Shown piece after piece: positions 19,698 to 29,400 of a stretch of 64,000 nt of DNA (position 1 is the first letter of the stretch; each line of letters starts with the position of its first letter). The stretch lies in NCBI GenBank assembly GCA_036261775.1, contig DATAKF010000499.1, positions 8,524-72,523 of the forward strand, in the 5' to 3' direction. The notes beneath the pieces are model-generated. The model was not told the origin of the DNA. It did no database searches and saw only the letters and a list, made by a program, of their open reading frames with translations. This DNA comes from Polyangiaceae bacterium (GTDB lineage: Bacteria > Myxococcota_A > Polyangia > Polyangiales > Polyangiaceae). A program made the translations under genes and the position numbers.

Positions 19698-20017
19698 CGT
19701 CGGGCAGGTGCGCCTTGCGGTGAGCAGCCGTGCAGGCCTTGCGCTTCTGCCGCAAAGCTTGCGCGGGTCATTGGGGTCCGCGTTCGCTTGCGACGAGCTA
19801 GGTAAGAATGCCTTACGAAATCGCCTAAGCAGCACCCTGCGCTCGCCCGTGCCCGACGCATTCTCTCGCGGCTGCAGTTCGCGGTTTGGCGGCCCTCCAG
19901 CGTGCATGTCCGGAGCCGTATGAATCCGTGATTTGCGCGAATATTAGCTAATATTGGGGGTTTTTGTGATCCCGAGACCCCCCTCTCGACACGCATCGCA
20001 GAGACGAGGATCGACCC

Positions 20018-21319
20018 ATGCAGCGTCGCGCATCGCCCTGGTTTCGTGGTGTTTTGGTGGCTTGTGCCTTGCTCGGCGTCGGTAGCTTCAGCGCTGCCGC
20101 GGGCGCCCAAGCGTCCAGCTCCGAGTGCTACTTCGACAACATGCGTATGGTCGACGCGCAGCCGCTGGGCGGCGGTCGCAAAGAGACCGACGAAGCGACT
20201 GGCAACCTGCACTACTTGCTGTCGCTGCCCAAGGGCCACGACAAAACCAAGAAATGGCCCGTGGTCGTGTTCATGCACGGCATCGGCGAGGTGAACGCGC
20301 AGGGCAACATGCTCAACCTGCTCACGAAGCATTCGCTGCCGCGCATGGTCGAAGATCCGATGTTCAACTACCCGTTCATCGTGATCTCCCCGCAGATCAA
20401 CAACGACGGCTGGGTCAACCACGCGACCGAGATCGCCGCGGCGCTCGACCGCGTCGAAGCCGAGTTCGGAGGCGATCCGAATCGCGAGTACCTCACCGGC
20501 TTGAGCTATGGGGGTGTCGGCACGCTGGCGGTCGGCATCGAGCTTGCGGACCGCATCGCTGCGCTCATGCCCGTGACGCCGGGTGGCAGCGTGGCCAACT
20601 GGGCCAACCGCGCCAAGATCATCGACAAGCCCATCTGGTTCTTTTTGGGCGTGAAAGACAACGAGTACAACGCCAACCTGACGCGCACGACCGAGCTCGA
20701 AGCGTCGGGCGCCGAAGCGTTCTACAAGTACACCTACGCGTTTGCCGACGAATACAAAGACGTCGTGCCCAAAGAGACGCTGACCAAGAAGCACGTCTTC
20801 GGCAGCTACGAGAACATTGGCCACGACGTGTGGCACGCCGCCTACGGTGTGTATTGCCCCACGCTCGATGCGCAAAAGACGGTGCAGTACGACTGGCTCT
20901 TGCAGCAGTCGCTCGACGGCAGCCCCTTCGTGGATCCGCGTAACCCGAACGCCGGCACGGGCGGGACCGGCGCGGGTGGCGGCGCCGGTAGCGGCGCTGC
21001 AGGTAGCGCGGGCGCGGCCGGTAGCGCAGGCGCGGCGACGGGCGGTGCGGACGCGGGTGGCTCTGGCGGCGCGCCCACCACGACGGCTGGCACGACCGGC
21101 GTTGGTACGGCGGGGAGCGCGACGACCGCCGGCACCGCTAGCGGCTTCACACCGGGCAACGCCGAAGCGACGGACGACGGCGGATGCAGCACGGCGCCCG
21201 GCTCTCGAAAGAGCGCAGGCGCCGTAAGTGTACTGCTGCTGGCCGTGCTCGGCGCCGCTACTCGGCGGCGACGGGCTCGGCGTGCTCGTGGTGGTGCTCT
21301 TCCGGCGCTGCGGCGGTAA
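20018..21319 (+). CDS. Secreted alpha/beta hydrolase (esterase/peptidase-like) with MYXO-CTERM tail
   Basis: WPVVVFMHGIGE, FIVISPQ, YLTGLSYGG, GHDVW; DDGGCS followed by a TM helix and RRRR. Confidence 0.8.
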   Translation: MQRRASPWFRGVLVACALLGVGSFSAAAGAQASSSECYFDNMRMVDAQPLGGGRKETDEATGNLHYLLSLPKGHDKTKKWPVVVFMHGIGEVNAQGNMLNLLTKHSLPRMVEDPMFNYPFIVISPQINNDGWVNHATEIAAALDRVEAEFGGDPNREYLTGLSYGGVGTLAVGIELADRIAALMPVTPGGSVANWANRAKIIDKPIWFFLGVKDNEYNANLTRTTELEASGAEAFYKYTYAFADEYKDVVPKETLTKKHVFGSYENIGHDVWHAAYGVYCPTLDAQKTVQYDWLLQQSLDGSPFVDPRNPNAGTGGTGAGGGAGSGAAGSAGAAGSAGAATGGADAGGSGGAPTTTAGTTGVGTAGSATTAGTASGFTPGNAEATDDGGCSTAPGSRKSAGAVSVLLLAVLGAATRRRRARRARGGALPALRR

Positions 21320-22844
21320 TCGTCGCAAACTTGGCGCAGCCGAACAGCACGCCTGCAACGCCCAGGTAGGCAATCGTCACCAGCGGCGATTGCCCGATGC
21401 CGATCGCTTCACCGTGCATGAAACCAAAGAACGTCATGCCAGCTGCCACCGCCGCGAACGCCGCCGCCTTGGTGAACGCGCGATCGATGACGAACGACGC
21501 GATGGCGCCGAGCATCAAGCCGCCCAAAATCGAGCCGCCGCCCATCACCTCGAGGCCGTGATACAGCACGCCCACTTGTCCGAGCTTGTCGAAGCCCAAG
21601 GCGTGAGCGCTGGTACCGGCTGCTCCCAGTGAGTTGTCGATCAAGAGCTTGCCCCAAGCCGCCAAGTGGGGAGTGAGCGCCAGCACGATGGCCGGGGCAT
21701 GCGCGCGCGGACTCTCTTGAAAGGCTTGCGAGCCGATCAGCATGCCGATGTAGAGCAAGATGGGCGAGATGGCGACGACCGGAATCAGCGACGACATCAC
21801 CGAGATGATGCCGAGCCACGCCAGCACGATCACGGTCACGCCCGTGGCCGCCGAGTAGCCGATGCGGCCGCCCATGGCCTTCCAACCGGGGTGACCGATG
21901 TACACGGCGTTGATGAACGGATTGCCCATGCAGCAACCGATCAAGCTGACCACGCCGTCAGCCGTGAGCACGCGCGTCGTCGGGAAGTCGTCACCAGCAA
22001 CCGACGCGCTCTCCACGTTGTCCAGCGCTTCGACCAGGTCGTAGATGCCGAACGGAATCGCGGTCACCAAGATGATGCCCAGGAACTCGAAGCCCGAGAA
22101 CACGTGACCGAACGCCGGTAGCGGCACCGAGAAGCCGAAGTTCGAGAACGAAGCCGTCAGGTTCGCCGCCGACATGCCGCCAAAGTTGTAGCCCAGCGCC
22201 GTGGAGCCCCAAGCGATCAAGCTGCCCGCCGCGATCGCGACCAGGCCCGCCGGAATGCCCTTGAAGTAGCGGACGCCGCCGAACCAGCTCGCCAAGATGA
22301 TGGTGAAGCAAATCAAGCCGATGACCGGCGTCATGAACATCTCCAGCGCCGGGCGCATGGAGATGAACGAGACCGACACACCCGCGAGCGTTCCCAGCAG
22401 CGCGGCGCGCGGCGTGATTTTACGGATGATCGGCGCGATGAAGCCGCCCGCCATCAGCACGAAGCTCTGCACGAACACCCAGGTCAAACCAGCTTCCCAC
22501 CCCTTGATTGGGTCTCCGGTCTTGCTCGCGATCGGCAGCATGATCACGAACACGACCACGAACATGTGCGGCACACTGATGCCCGAAGGCAGCGCACACA
22601 CGTCCTTGCGCCCCGTCTCCTTGGCGAGCTTGTACGCCAGCCAGGCATAGTAAATCGTGCTCATGCACAGCATCAGGCCTGTCGCCGGCAAGATGCGTCC
22701 GAACACGATCTCGTCTGGCATCTTCAAGACGAAGCGAAGCAGGCCCGTCAACACCAACAGGTTGACGAGGATGTTCGTGCCAAACCCGAAGTAAGCGTTC
22801 CAATCTCCGGGTGTCCACAGCTTGGGTTTCGTGCTTTCAGTCAT
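21258..22844 (-). CDS. NCS2/AzgA-like permease
   Basis: GGAGG RBS, many TM helices, GDWNAYFG, ALPSGISVP, PRAALLGTLAG, VYIGHPGWKAMGGRIGYS. Confidence 0.8.
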   Translation of the reverse strand: MTESTKPKLWTPGDWNAYFGFGTNILVNLLVLTGLLRFVLKMPDEIVFGRILPATGLMLCMSTIYYAWLAYKLAKETGRKDVCALPSGISVPHMFVVVFVIMLPIASKTGDPIKGWEAGLTWVFVQSFVLMAGGFIAPIIRKITPRAALLGTLAGVSVSFISMRPALEMFMTPVIGLICFTIILASWFGGVRYFKGIPAGLVAIAAGSLIAWGSTALGYNFGGMSAANLTASFSNFGFSVPLPAFGHVFSGFEFLGIILVTAIPFGIYDLVEALDNVESASVAGDDFPTTRVLTADGVVSLIGCCMGNPFINAVYIGHPGWKAMGGRIGYSAATGVTVIVLAWLGIISVMSSLIPVVAISPILLYIGMLIGSQAFQESPRAHAPAIVLALTPHLAAWGKLLIDNSLGAAGTSAHALGFDKLGQVGVLYHGLEVMGGGSILGGLMLGAIASFVIDRAFTKAAAFAAVAAGMTFFGFMHGEAIGIGQSPLVTIAYLGVAGVLFGCAKFATITAAAPEEHHHEHAEPVAAE

Positions 22845-23138
22845 GAAAATCCTCCGGTCACGGCGCACGTGCGCCTCCGCGCTTCGCGAATGTTTCGAAG
22901 CGTTTTCAGCTTGTTGTCAGCGTGATGCGCGCGAAGGGCGCAAAAACCACTACGTTATTTGTGTACGCCTCTCACTCACAGCCGACTAGCGCCAATGCGA
23001 GAGCACCCTGCTCTCGAAATGCGCTCGGTTGCGTCCGTTGGGCTGCCGCGCCGCAGCTTGAATTGCAGAAGCTGCTGGGGCGGAACCAGGTGCAGGCGGG
23101 AGGCAGACTTGCAGTTTTGCACGCCGTGAAAGGGCGTC

Positions 23139-23426
23139 ATGTTGCGTATTTATCCGGTTGTTTTGAAGGTTCTGCGGAGTTTGCAGCCGGTGTTGCAGCA
23201 CATTGAGCGGCGGGACAGGGATTTGGCGCGGCAACTCCGGCGGTGCAGCGCGAGAGCGTTGCTCTCAACCTCGCGGAGGGCATGTACAGCCGCGGAGGGA
23301 ATCGCACAGCGCGGTACCATTCCGCCCTTGGCTCGGCCCGCGAAACACTCGCGTGCCTGGAGGTCGCAGACGCCTTCGGCTACCTCGCGCGGGAACTCCC
23401 GCCTCCGAACGCCGTCGGTTCAATGA
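23139..23426 (+). pseudogene. Frameshifted four-helix-bundle protein (23S rRNA IVS protein family)
   Basis: MLRIY...RDRDLARQLRRCSA, then in another frame SVALNLAEG...RYHSALGSARETLACLEVA. An extra AG at about 23253 breaks the frame. Confidence 0.8.
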
Positions 23427-23917
23427 GCCGGCTTTTGACAGCGGCCCTTGGGATTGAGCTCGAACCCGGGTTTGCACTCGCACACGCCGAGAGCCGTGCA
23501 CTTGCCCCACAGCGAAGACACGGACTCGTCTTCGTTGCAGGCTTGGTCGGTGGTGCATGGCGCGCGCTTGCCGGCGGGCGGCCCGGGTGGCGGCGTGGCC
23601 GCCGATGCTGCCGGCGCACAGCACAAGCCGTTCTCGACGCCGACGCGCACCTTGCCGAGCTCTCGTCGGCCGTCGGGGCAGCCGTTGCGATGCAGGGCTC
23701 CGTCGCCCTTGTCGGTCAGCACTTCGCCGGGACGCGAGCGGCACTCGTCCATGCTGAGCGTGGTGCTGTCGGCGGTGCCGGGGGCCGCATCCGTGCTCGG
23801 GGTCTCGGTCTCGTCGGCCACGGCGGACAGCGCGGGGAGCGGAGCGCTGCTGCTCGGCGCAGAGTGTGACGCACAGCCGGCTAGACCTGCGAACGCAAAC
23901 GCGAAAGCTCGTTTCAT
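23420..23917 (-). CDS. Cys-rich lipoprotein with EGF-like C-terminus
   Basis: LAGC lipobox; CECKPGFELNPKGRC. Confidence 0.7.
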   Translation of the reverse strand: MKRAFAFAFAGLAGCASHSAPSSSAPLPALSAVADETETPSTDAAPGTADSTTLSMDECRSRPGEVLTDKGDGALHRNGCPDGRRELGKVRVGVENGLCCAPAASAATPPPGPPAGKRAPCTTDQACNEDESVSSLWGKCTALGVCECKPGFELNPKGRCQKPAH

Positions 23918-24001
23918 GCGCCAGATTGGCCCGAACGAAGCCAAGACGCCATCGCTACCGTTCAGAGGTCGGCGACAAAACTGGCGGGTGTGGCCGATCT
24001 G

Positions 24002-24920
24002 CTACAGCTCCTCGAAGATGCTCGCCAGCTGCTCCGCGAATGCGGCTGCGGCGACGGGCAGCACTCGCCCGCGCCGGCCGGCGAGACACAGCCGCGCGTC
24101 GGACAAGCCGGGGTCGCTGAGCGGGATGGCGATCATGCCGGAAACGTCGGGCTTCTTGCCGATCTTGAAGGAGAAGCAGACGCCCCCGGCAGTGCGGGCG
24201 AACATCTTGGTCGTTTCGATCGAGTTGGAGAGCAGCGCGGGCTCGAAGCGAATCGAGGCGCCGCCGAGCGCGGCGTCGATCAGTGAGCGCGCGGCGAGCG
24301 TCTCGTCCGGAATTGCCAGCGGGTAGGCGACGCATTCGCGTAGGCGCAGCGACTGCTTGGTGGCGAGCGGGTGCTCGGGCGCGACCAGCGCGCACAGCGG
24401 CTGCGGCACGTCGGCGAGCACGTTGACGTCGGCTTCGTCCGTCTTCTCGTGCGTGAGGATCAGGTCGACTTTGTCGCGCGCCAAAGCCTGCGCCAGCTCC
24501 TTGGGGCCGCCCACCGTTACCGAGAAGCCAACGCCGGGATGCCGCTGGTGGTACTCGGCGATCGCGTCAGGCAGCATGCGACCTGTCACGGACTCGGCGA
24601 CCGCGATGCGCACGCGGCCATGCACCAAGCCGCGCAGCCCGTCGATTTGCGCTTCGACGAGCCGTAGCTCTTTGAGCGAGCGGCGCACGTAGGCCAAGAA
24701 CAGCTCGCCCGCCGCCGTCGCGCGCACGCCGCGCGGCAAGCGCTCGAACAGCGGAGACCCGACGTCTGCTTCCAGATCTAGGATGCGCCGATTGAGCGCC
24801 GACGACGCGATGTGCAGCGCCTCGGCCGCCTTGCGGATGGAGCCGTGGTGCGCGACCGCGTCGAGGTAGGAAAAGATACTAGGTGGCTGGAGCCGCCAGC
24901 TCTGCGTGCTCGCAGCCGTC
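24002..24920 (-). CDS. LysR-family transcriptional regulator
   Basis: YLDAVAHHGSIRKAAEALHIASSALNRRILDLE...LFERLPRG. Start codon uncertain. Confidence 0.88.
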
Positions 24921-25062
24921 AGCGCGTCCCTGGATTCCGTGCGACGCGGAGGACTCACGCGGCAAGTTTGCCCAGCCAATTGAATCCTGGAGGTTTCGGG
25001 GTCACCGAAATGCCAGCAATTGGGGGAGCGTGGGCGTGCTCTGCGGGCATACTTGGCCGCAG

Positions 25063-26430
25063 ATGAGCTCCGGCTCGACTCCCAGCCCCTGGCGCCGCCC
25101 GTTCCAGCGCGCGGCGGCGGTGCTGCGCGGTATTACGGTCGCGCCCGAGGATCGCGCGGCGTTTCACGCAGAGCTGCAGCTTGCCTCCGCCGAGCGGATG
25201 AACGGCTTCTGCTGGCTGCTGTTCGTTTTGCACGTGGTGTTGCTGGGGCGCGACCTGACGTTGAGCACCGCTGGGCTTCCGGCGGCGGAGCTTTTGTGGA
25301 CGCGGTGGCTGTTTGGCTTGCACGTCGTGATGACGCTGGTTTCGGGCGCCGCGCTGGTGCTGTTCGCGCGCCTGAAGGGCCCGCGCGCTCGCTCGCGGGT
25401 GGCGTTCTGGATGATGGCGTTCTTGCTCGTTTGGTCCGGTCAGGTGTCGGGCGCGGATCAGCTGATTGGCGCTGGCATCACGTTGTTCATGATCATGAAC
25501 CTGTCGTCGGCGGTGTTCGTGACCTTCGGCCGCGCCGCGACCGCACAGGCTTTTGCCGCGGGCTACGCCGCCTTCGTGTTCGGTCAGCTGTGGTTTGCGC
25601 CGCGCGCCAGCTTGGCCTTCAGCCAACTGGTCAACGGCACGGCGCTAGTGATCACGTGTTGGCTATTTTCGCGCATGCTGTACGGCACCAAGGCGCGCGA
25701 CTTCACGCAGCGCAGCACCATCGCGCGCCAGCACACTGAGCTGGAGAAGGCGCACCGCTGGCTGGAAGAAGAGCGCGCGCGCTCCGAGCGCGTGCTGTAC
25801 GCGGTCTTGCCGCCACGTATCGCCGAGCGCTTGCGCCAAGGCGAGAGCCCCATCGCCGACCTGCACCCCGAGCTGACCATCGTTTTCTCGGATTTGACTG
25901 GCTTTACGCACTTGGCAGCCGAGCTGCCGCCGACCGAGATGGTCGAGATCTTGAACGAGCTGTTCTCGCGCTTCGACGAGATCGCCGCGCAATACGAGCT
26001 CGAGAAGATCAAGACCGTGGGTGACGCCTACCTGGCCGTGCGTGGTCTGCATCACCCCAGCGCAGACGACGTGAGCGCAGCTGCCGACGCGGGCCTGGCG
26101 CTGCAACGAGCCGTGTTAGCGGTGGCGCGCCGTCGCAACCGCACGCTGTCCTTGCGGGTCGGCATTGCGCGCGGCGTGGCGGTGGCCGGCGTGCTCGGCC
26201 GCGAACGTTTGCTCTACGACTTGTGGGGCGACAGCGTCAATATGGCCAGTCGGCTGGAAACCGCCGCAGCGCCCGGTGAGATTCTGATTGCCGACGAGCT
26301 ATCGCCGCTGCTCGCCTCCACGCACGAGCTTGGTCCGGTCAAAGTGCGCGAGCTGAAGGGCAAGGGTGACGTGCCGACACGCGCGGTCGTTGCCGCGCGT
26401 GCCAAGCAGCTGCAAGTCGCGCGGGGCTAA
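25063..26430 (+). CDS. Membrane-bound class III adenylate/guanylate cyclase
   Basis: About 6 TM helices; FSDLTGFT, KIKTVGDAY, YDLWGDSVNMASRLE (K/D pair suggests ATP specificity). Confidence 0.88.
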   Translation: MSSGSTPSPWRRPFQRAAAVLRGITVAPEDRAAFHAELQLASAERMNGFCWLLFVLHVVLLGRDLTLSTAGLPAAELLWTRWLFGLHVVMTLVSGAALVLFARLKGPRARSRVAFWMMAFLLVWSGQVSGADQLIGAGITLFMIMNLSSAVFVTFGRAATAQAFAAGYAAFVFGQLWFAPRASLAFSQLVNGTALVITCWLFSRMLYGTKARDFTQRSTIARQHTELEKAHRWLEEERARSERVLYAVLPPRIAERLRQGESPIADLHPELTIVFSDLTGFTHLAAELPPTEMVEILNELFSRFDEIAAQYELEKIKTVGDAYLAVRGLHHPSADDVSAAADAGLALQRAVLAVARRRNRTLSLRVGIARGVAVAGVLGRERLLYDLWGDSVNMASRLETAAAPGEILIADELSPLLASTHELGPVKVRELKGKGDVPTRAVVAARAKQLQVARG

Positions 26431-29400
26431 GCCAGGCAAGGGTCGGGTGCCGACGCGCCCTCCGCCGGCAAGAGCGCGCCGTCTACCAGCGTGAAGCTGC
26501 GGCCGCGCTGTACGGGTACCTTCGCGCCAGGCGCGATACTGCCGATCAGGTTGAGCGGGTCGCAGGCGGAAAGCGTTACGGTTTCGCCGCTGTGGGGCAG
26601 GCGCCGCACGGCGCGCAGCTGCTCGACCGCGTCGGGCAAGGCGTACTGCTCACCGACGAAGCCGTTCACGAAGCGACCGCCCCGCACGACGCCGCGCGCT
26701 TCCAAGCGTCGCAGCGCCCAGCTCAGCTCGCGGTACGGCAGCGCCAAGTTCTCGCGCGCCACCACGTCGGCGAACACCACACCCCAGCGCGCCAGGAGCT
26801 GCTCCGCGACGGCTTCTGCCAGCGCGTCGGCGTCGTGGGCCGCGCGCGCTCGAGGCAAGAGCGACCAGCGACCCTCGCGCGATAGCTCACGTTTGCCGCC
26901 GCGCCGCAGCCCGAAAACGGGCGTTGCCTGGCGCGGCTCTTCGAGCCGACGTTGCAGCAAGCTGCGCAGGGCGCCAAAGCCATCAGACGTGACCCGGCCG
27001 CGCGCCACCGCGTCCCACAAGGCCTCGTTCAGCTCGCGCCACGACATCCCGAGCTCGCTCATCAGCTCGCTCGAGAACAACGCGCCGCGCTGCTGCAAAC
27101 ATGCCAAGAGGGCGCTGGCGCCCCGGGGCAGCTCTTCTTCGCTGGCGGCGGGGCTGCGCAGCGATTGCTGCAACCAAGCCAAATCCGCGCGGAACGCCAG
27201 CGTGACCGGCGTCGCGCGAGAGATGGTGGCGCTGCGCTGGGCATGCGCGGGTGCGCTACGCTCGCTCAAGCGTCCCCACATCACTTCGCCCGAAAAGCAC
27301 AACGCATCCAGCCACTCGGGGCGGTAGCCGGTGACGCGCGCGGGCAAAACGTCCGCCTCCCAGCTGGCGACGGCAGCTTCGAAGCCTTGCAGCTGCTCGA
27401 TGGCAGCGGACAAGCCGCGCTGCCCAGCGCGCTTGGTGTCGCCCGTCACGCCCTGCCAGCGCAGCAGAAAGCGCATGTAGTCTTGCGGCGAGACAGGCTC
27501 AATCTCGCGCCGCAGCCGATCGCGCGTGTAGCGATGGATGCGATCCAGCAGGCGGCGCGCGCAATATTGCTCCTCGGTGCACGAGAGCTCGAAGAAGCCG
27601 GACAGAGCGAAGCCTTCGTGACGCAGCTGCGCCAACGCGAGCGTGACGGTCGCGGCGTCGATGCCGGTGGCGCTCGCCAAGCTGCTGGCCGACGCGGGCC
27701 CGGACAGCTCGAGCTGGCTCCGTACGGCGCGTGCGGCCAGCTCTTCGCGAGCTGGCACGGGGCGCACGGCAAGCTGAGCTGGCGGCTGCAAGTCGGGAAC
27801 GAAGCGCGCGTCGGGGAACAGCGCTTGGGCGGTACCGCGCAGCTCGAGCGCGCACCAAAACTTGCCGGCAGCCGTTTCGAGCCTTACCGCTCGTCCAGCC
27901 GCCAGCAGCGCTTCGAACCAAGGCTCCCAAGCGGCGTTTTCGCGCAACGCCAAGAGCGCGAGCAGCAAATCGTGCAGCTCTTCGGCGTTCCGCGGAGCCG
28001 GTCGCGCCTCTTCGCGGACCCGCGCGATGGCCTCCGGGTCCAGCGCCGAAAGGTCGCGCGCTTCGAGCGGCAAGCCGCGCGGCACCTGTACGGCGCGCGT
28101 GCGGCGCTCTTCCAGCGGCGCGTCGTCCAAGAAGGTGTAGGGGCGCGCGCTCAAGATCTCGTGCGACAACGGCGATGGCTCGGTGGTGTCGCGGAAATGC
28201 ACGCGCACGGAGCCTTCGGCGATGGCGTCGAGCAGCTGCTGCAGGCCGCTCAGGTCCATGGCCTCGGTCATGCAGTCGTGCAGCGTTTGGCGCACGAGCG
28301 GGTGCTCCGGAATTTCACGTGGACCCGTGGCGTTGTCTTGGCAGGCGGCCAGCGACGGAAACACCGCCGCCGTGATGTCGTCGGTCTCCATGCGCTGAAT
28401 CGGCGGCGGATTGCGCCGGCCACCGCGGTAGCGGAGTACCACCAGCGAGCGATTCAAGTTCCAACGCCAGCGCACCCCGAACATGGGCGTGACCAGCACC
28501 GCGTGCGTCAGCGCCGTTGCGATGCCGCGCGGCACCAAGAAGTCGTTCATGTCGCTCAGCGGAAAAGCGTGCGAAAGCCCTAGCGAAAGCACGATCGAGT
28601 CGTCGCTGGCGGCTGCCTGCAGCTCGAAATCGAACGAGCGACAGAAGCGCTTGCGCAAGAGCAGGCCCAGTCCGCGATTGACGCGCCCGCCGTACGGCGA
28701 GTGCAGCACCAGCTGCATGCCGCCCGAGTCGTCGAAGAAACGCTCGAACACCAAATCTTGGTGCGTCGGCAAGACGCCGAGCGCAATCTGCGACGCTCGC
28801 AGGTACTGCACGGCTGCGTCCGCGACACTGGGCGACACCTGCGCTTCGCTCCGCAGCCAATCCGAGGCCGCCGAAATGCCGCCGCGCTTCAGCTCGCTTT
28901 CGACGCCAGCGCGTAGCGCCGACACTTCTTCCGAAAGCTCAGCAGTGCGAGCCGGGGCTTCGCCGAGCCAAAATGGAATCGTGGGCGCTGCGCCCTCGGC
29001 GTCGATCACTCGCACCGTGCCGCTCTCGACACGACGGATGCGCCACGACGTGCTGCCGAGCAGAAAGACATCGCCTGCCATGCTCTCGATCGCAAAGTCT
29101 TCGTTGATGGTGCCGACGAAGGTGTCGTTCGGCTCCGCCACGACGCGATAGTCGGCGTTGTCCGGAATCGCGCCGCCCGAAGTGAGCGCTGCCAGGCGCG
29201 CGCCGCGGCGGCCCTTGCTGCGCCCGTTGATGCGGTCACGATGCAAGAACGCCGCGCGTTTGCCCCGCCCGGTGGTGATGCCCTCGGCCATCAAATCCAG
29301 GATTTCGTCGAAGCTCTCGCGGGACAGGGCCGCGTACGGCGCTGCCCCGCGCATCAAGTCGAACAGCTCGGTGTCGTCCCACTCCTCGGCCGAGCACTCC

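Noticed and set aside
22845-23138. Possible guanidine or purine riboswitch upstream of the permease
   Set aside because: No recognisable consensus on the minus strand by eye. An Rfam scan would be needed to exclude it fully.
23139-23426. Avd-like gene as a sign of a diversity-generating retroelement, with the FGE-domain gene at 6681 as target
   Set aside because: No reverse transcriptase and no TR/VR repeat pair in the window
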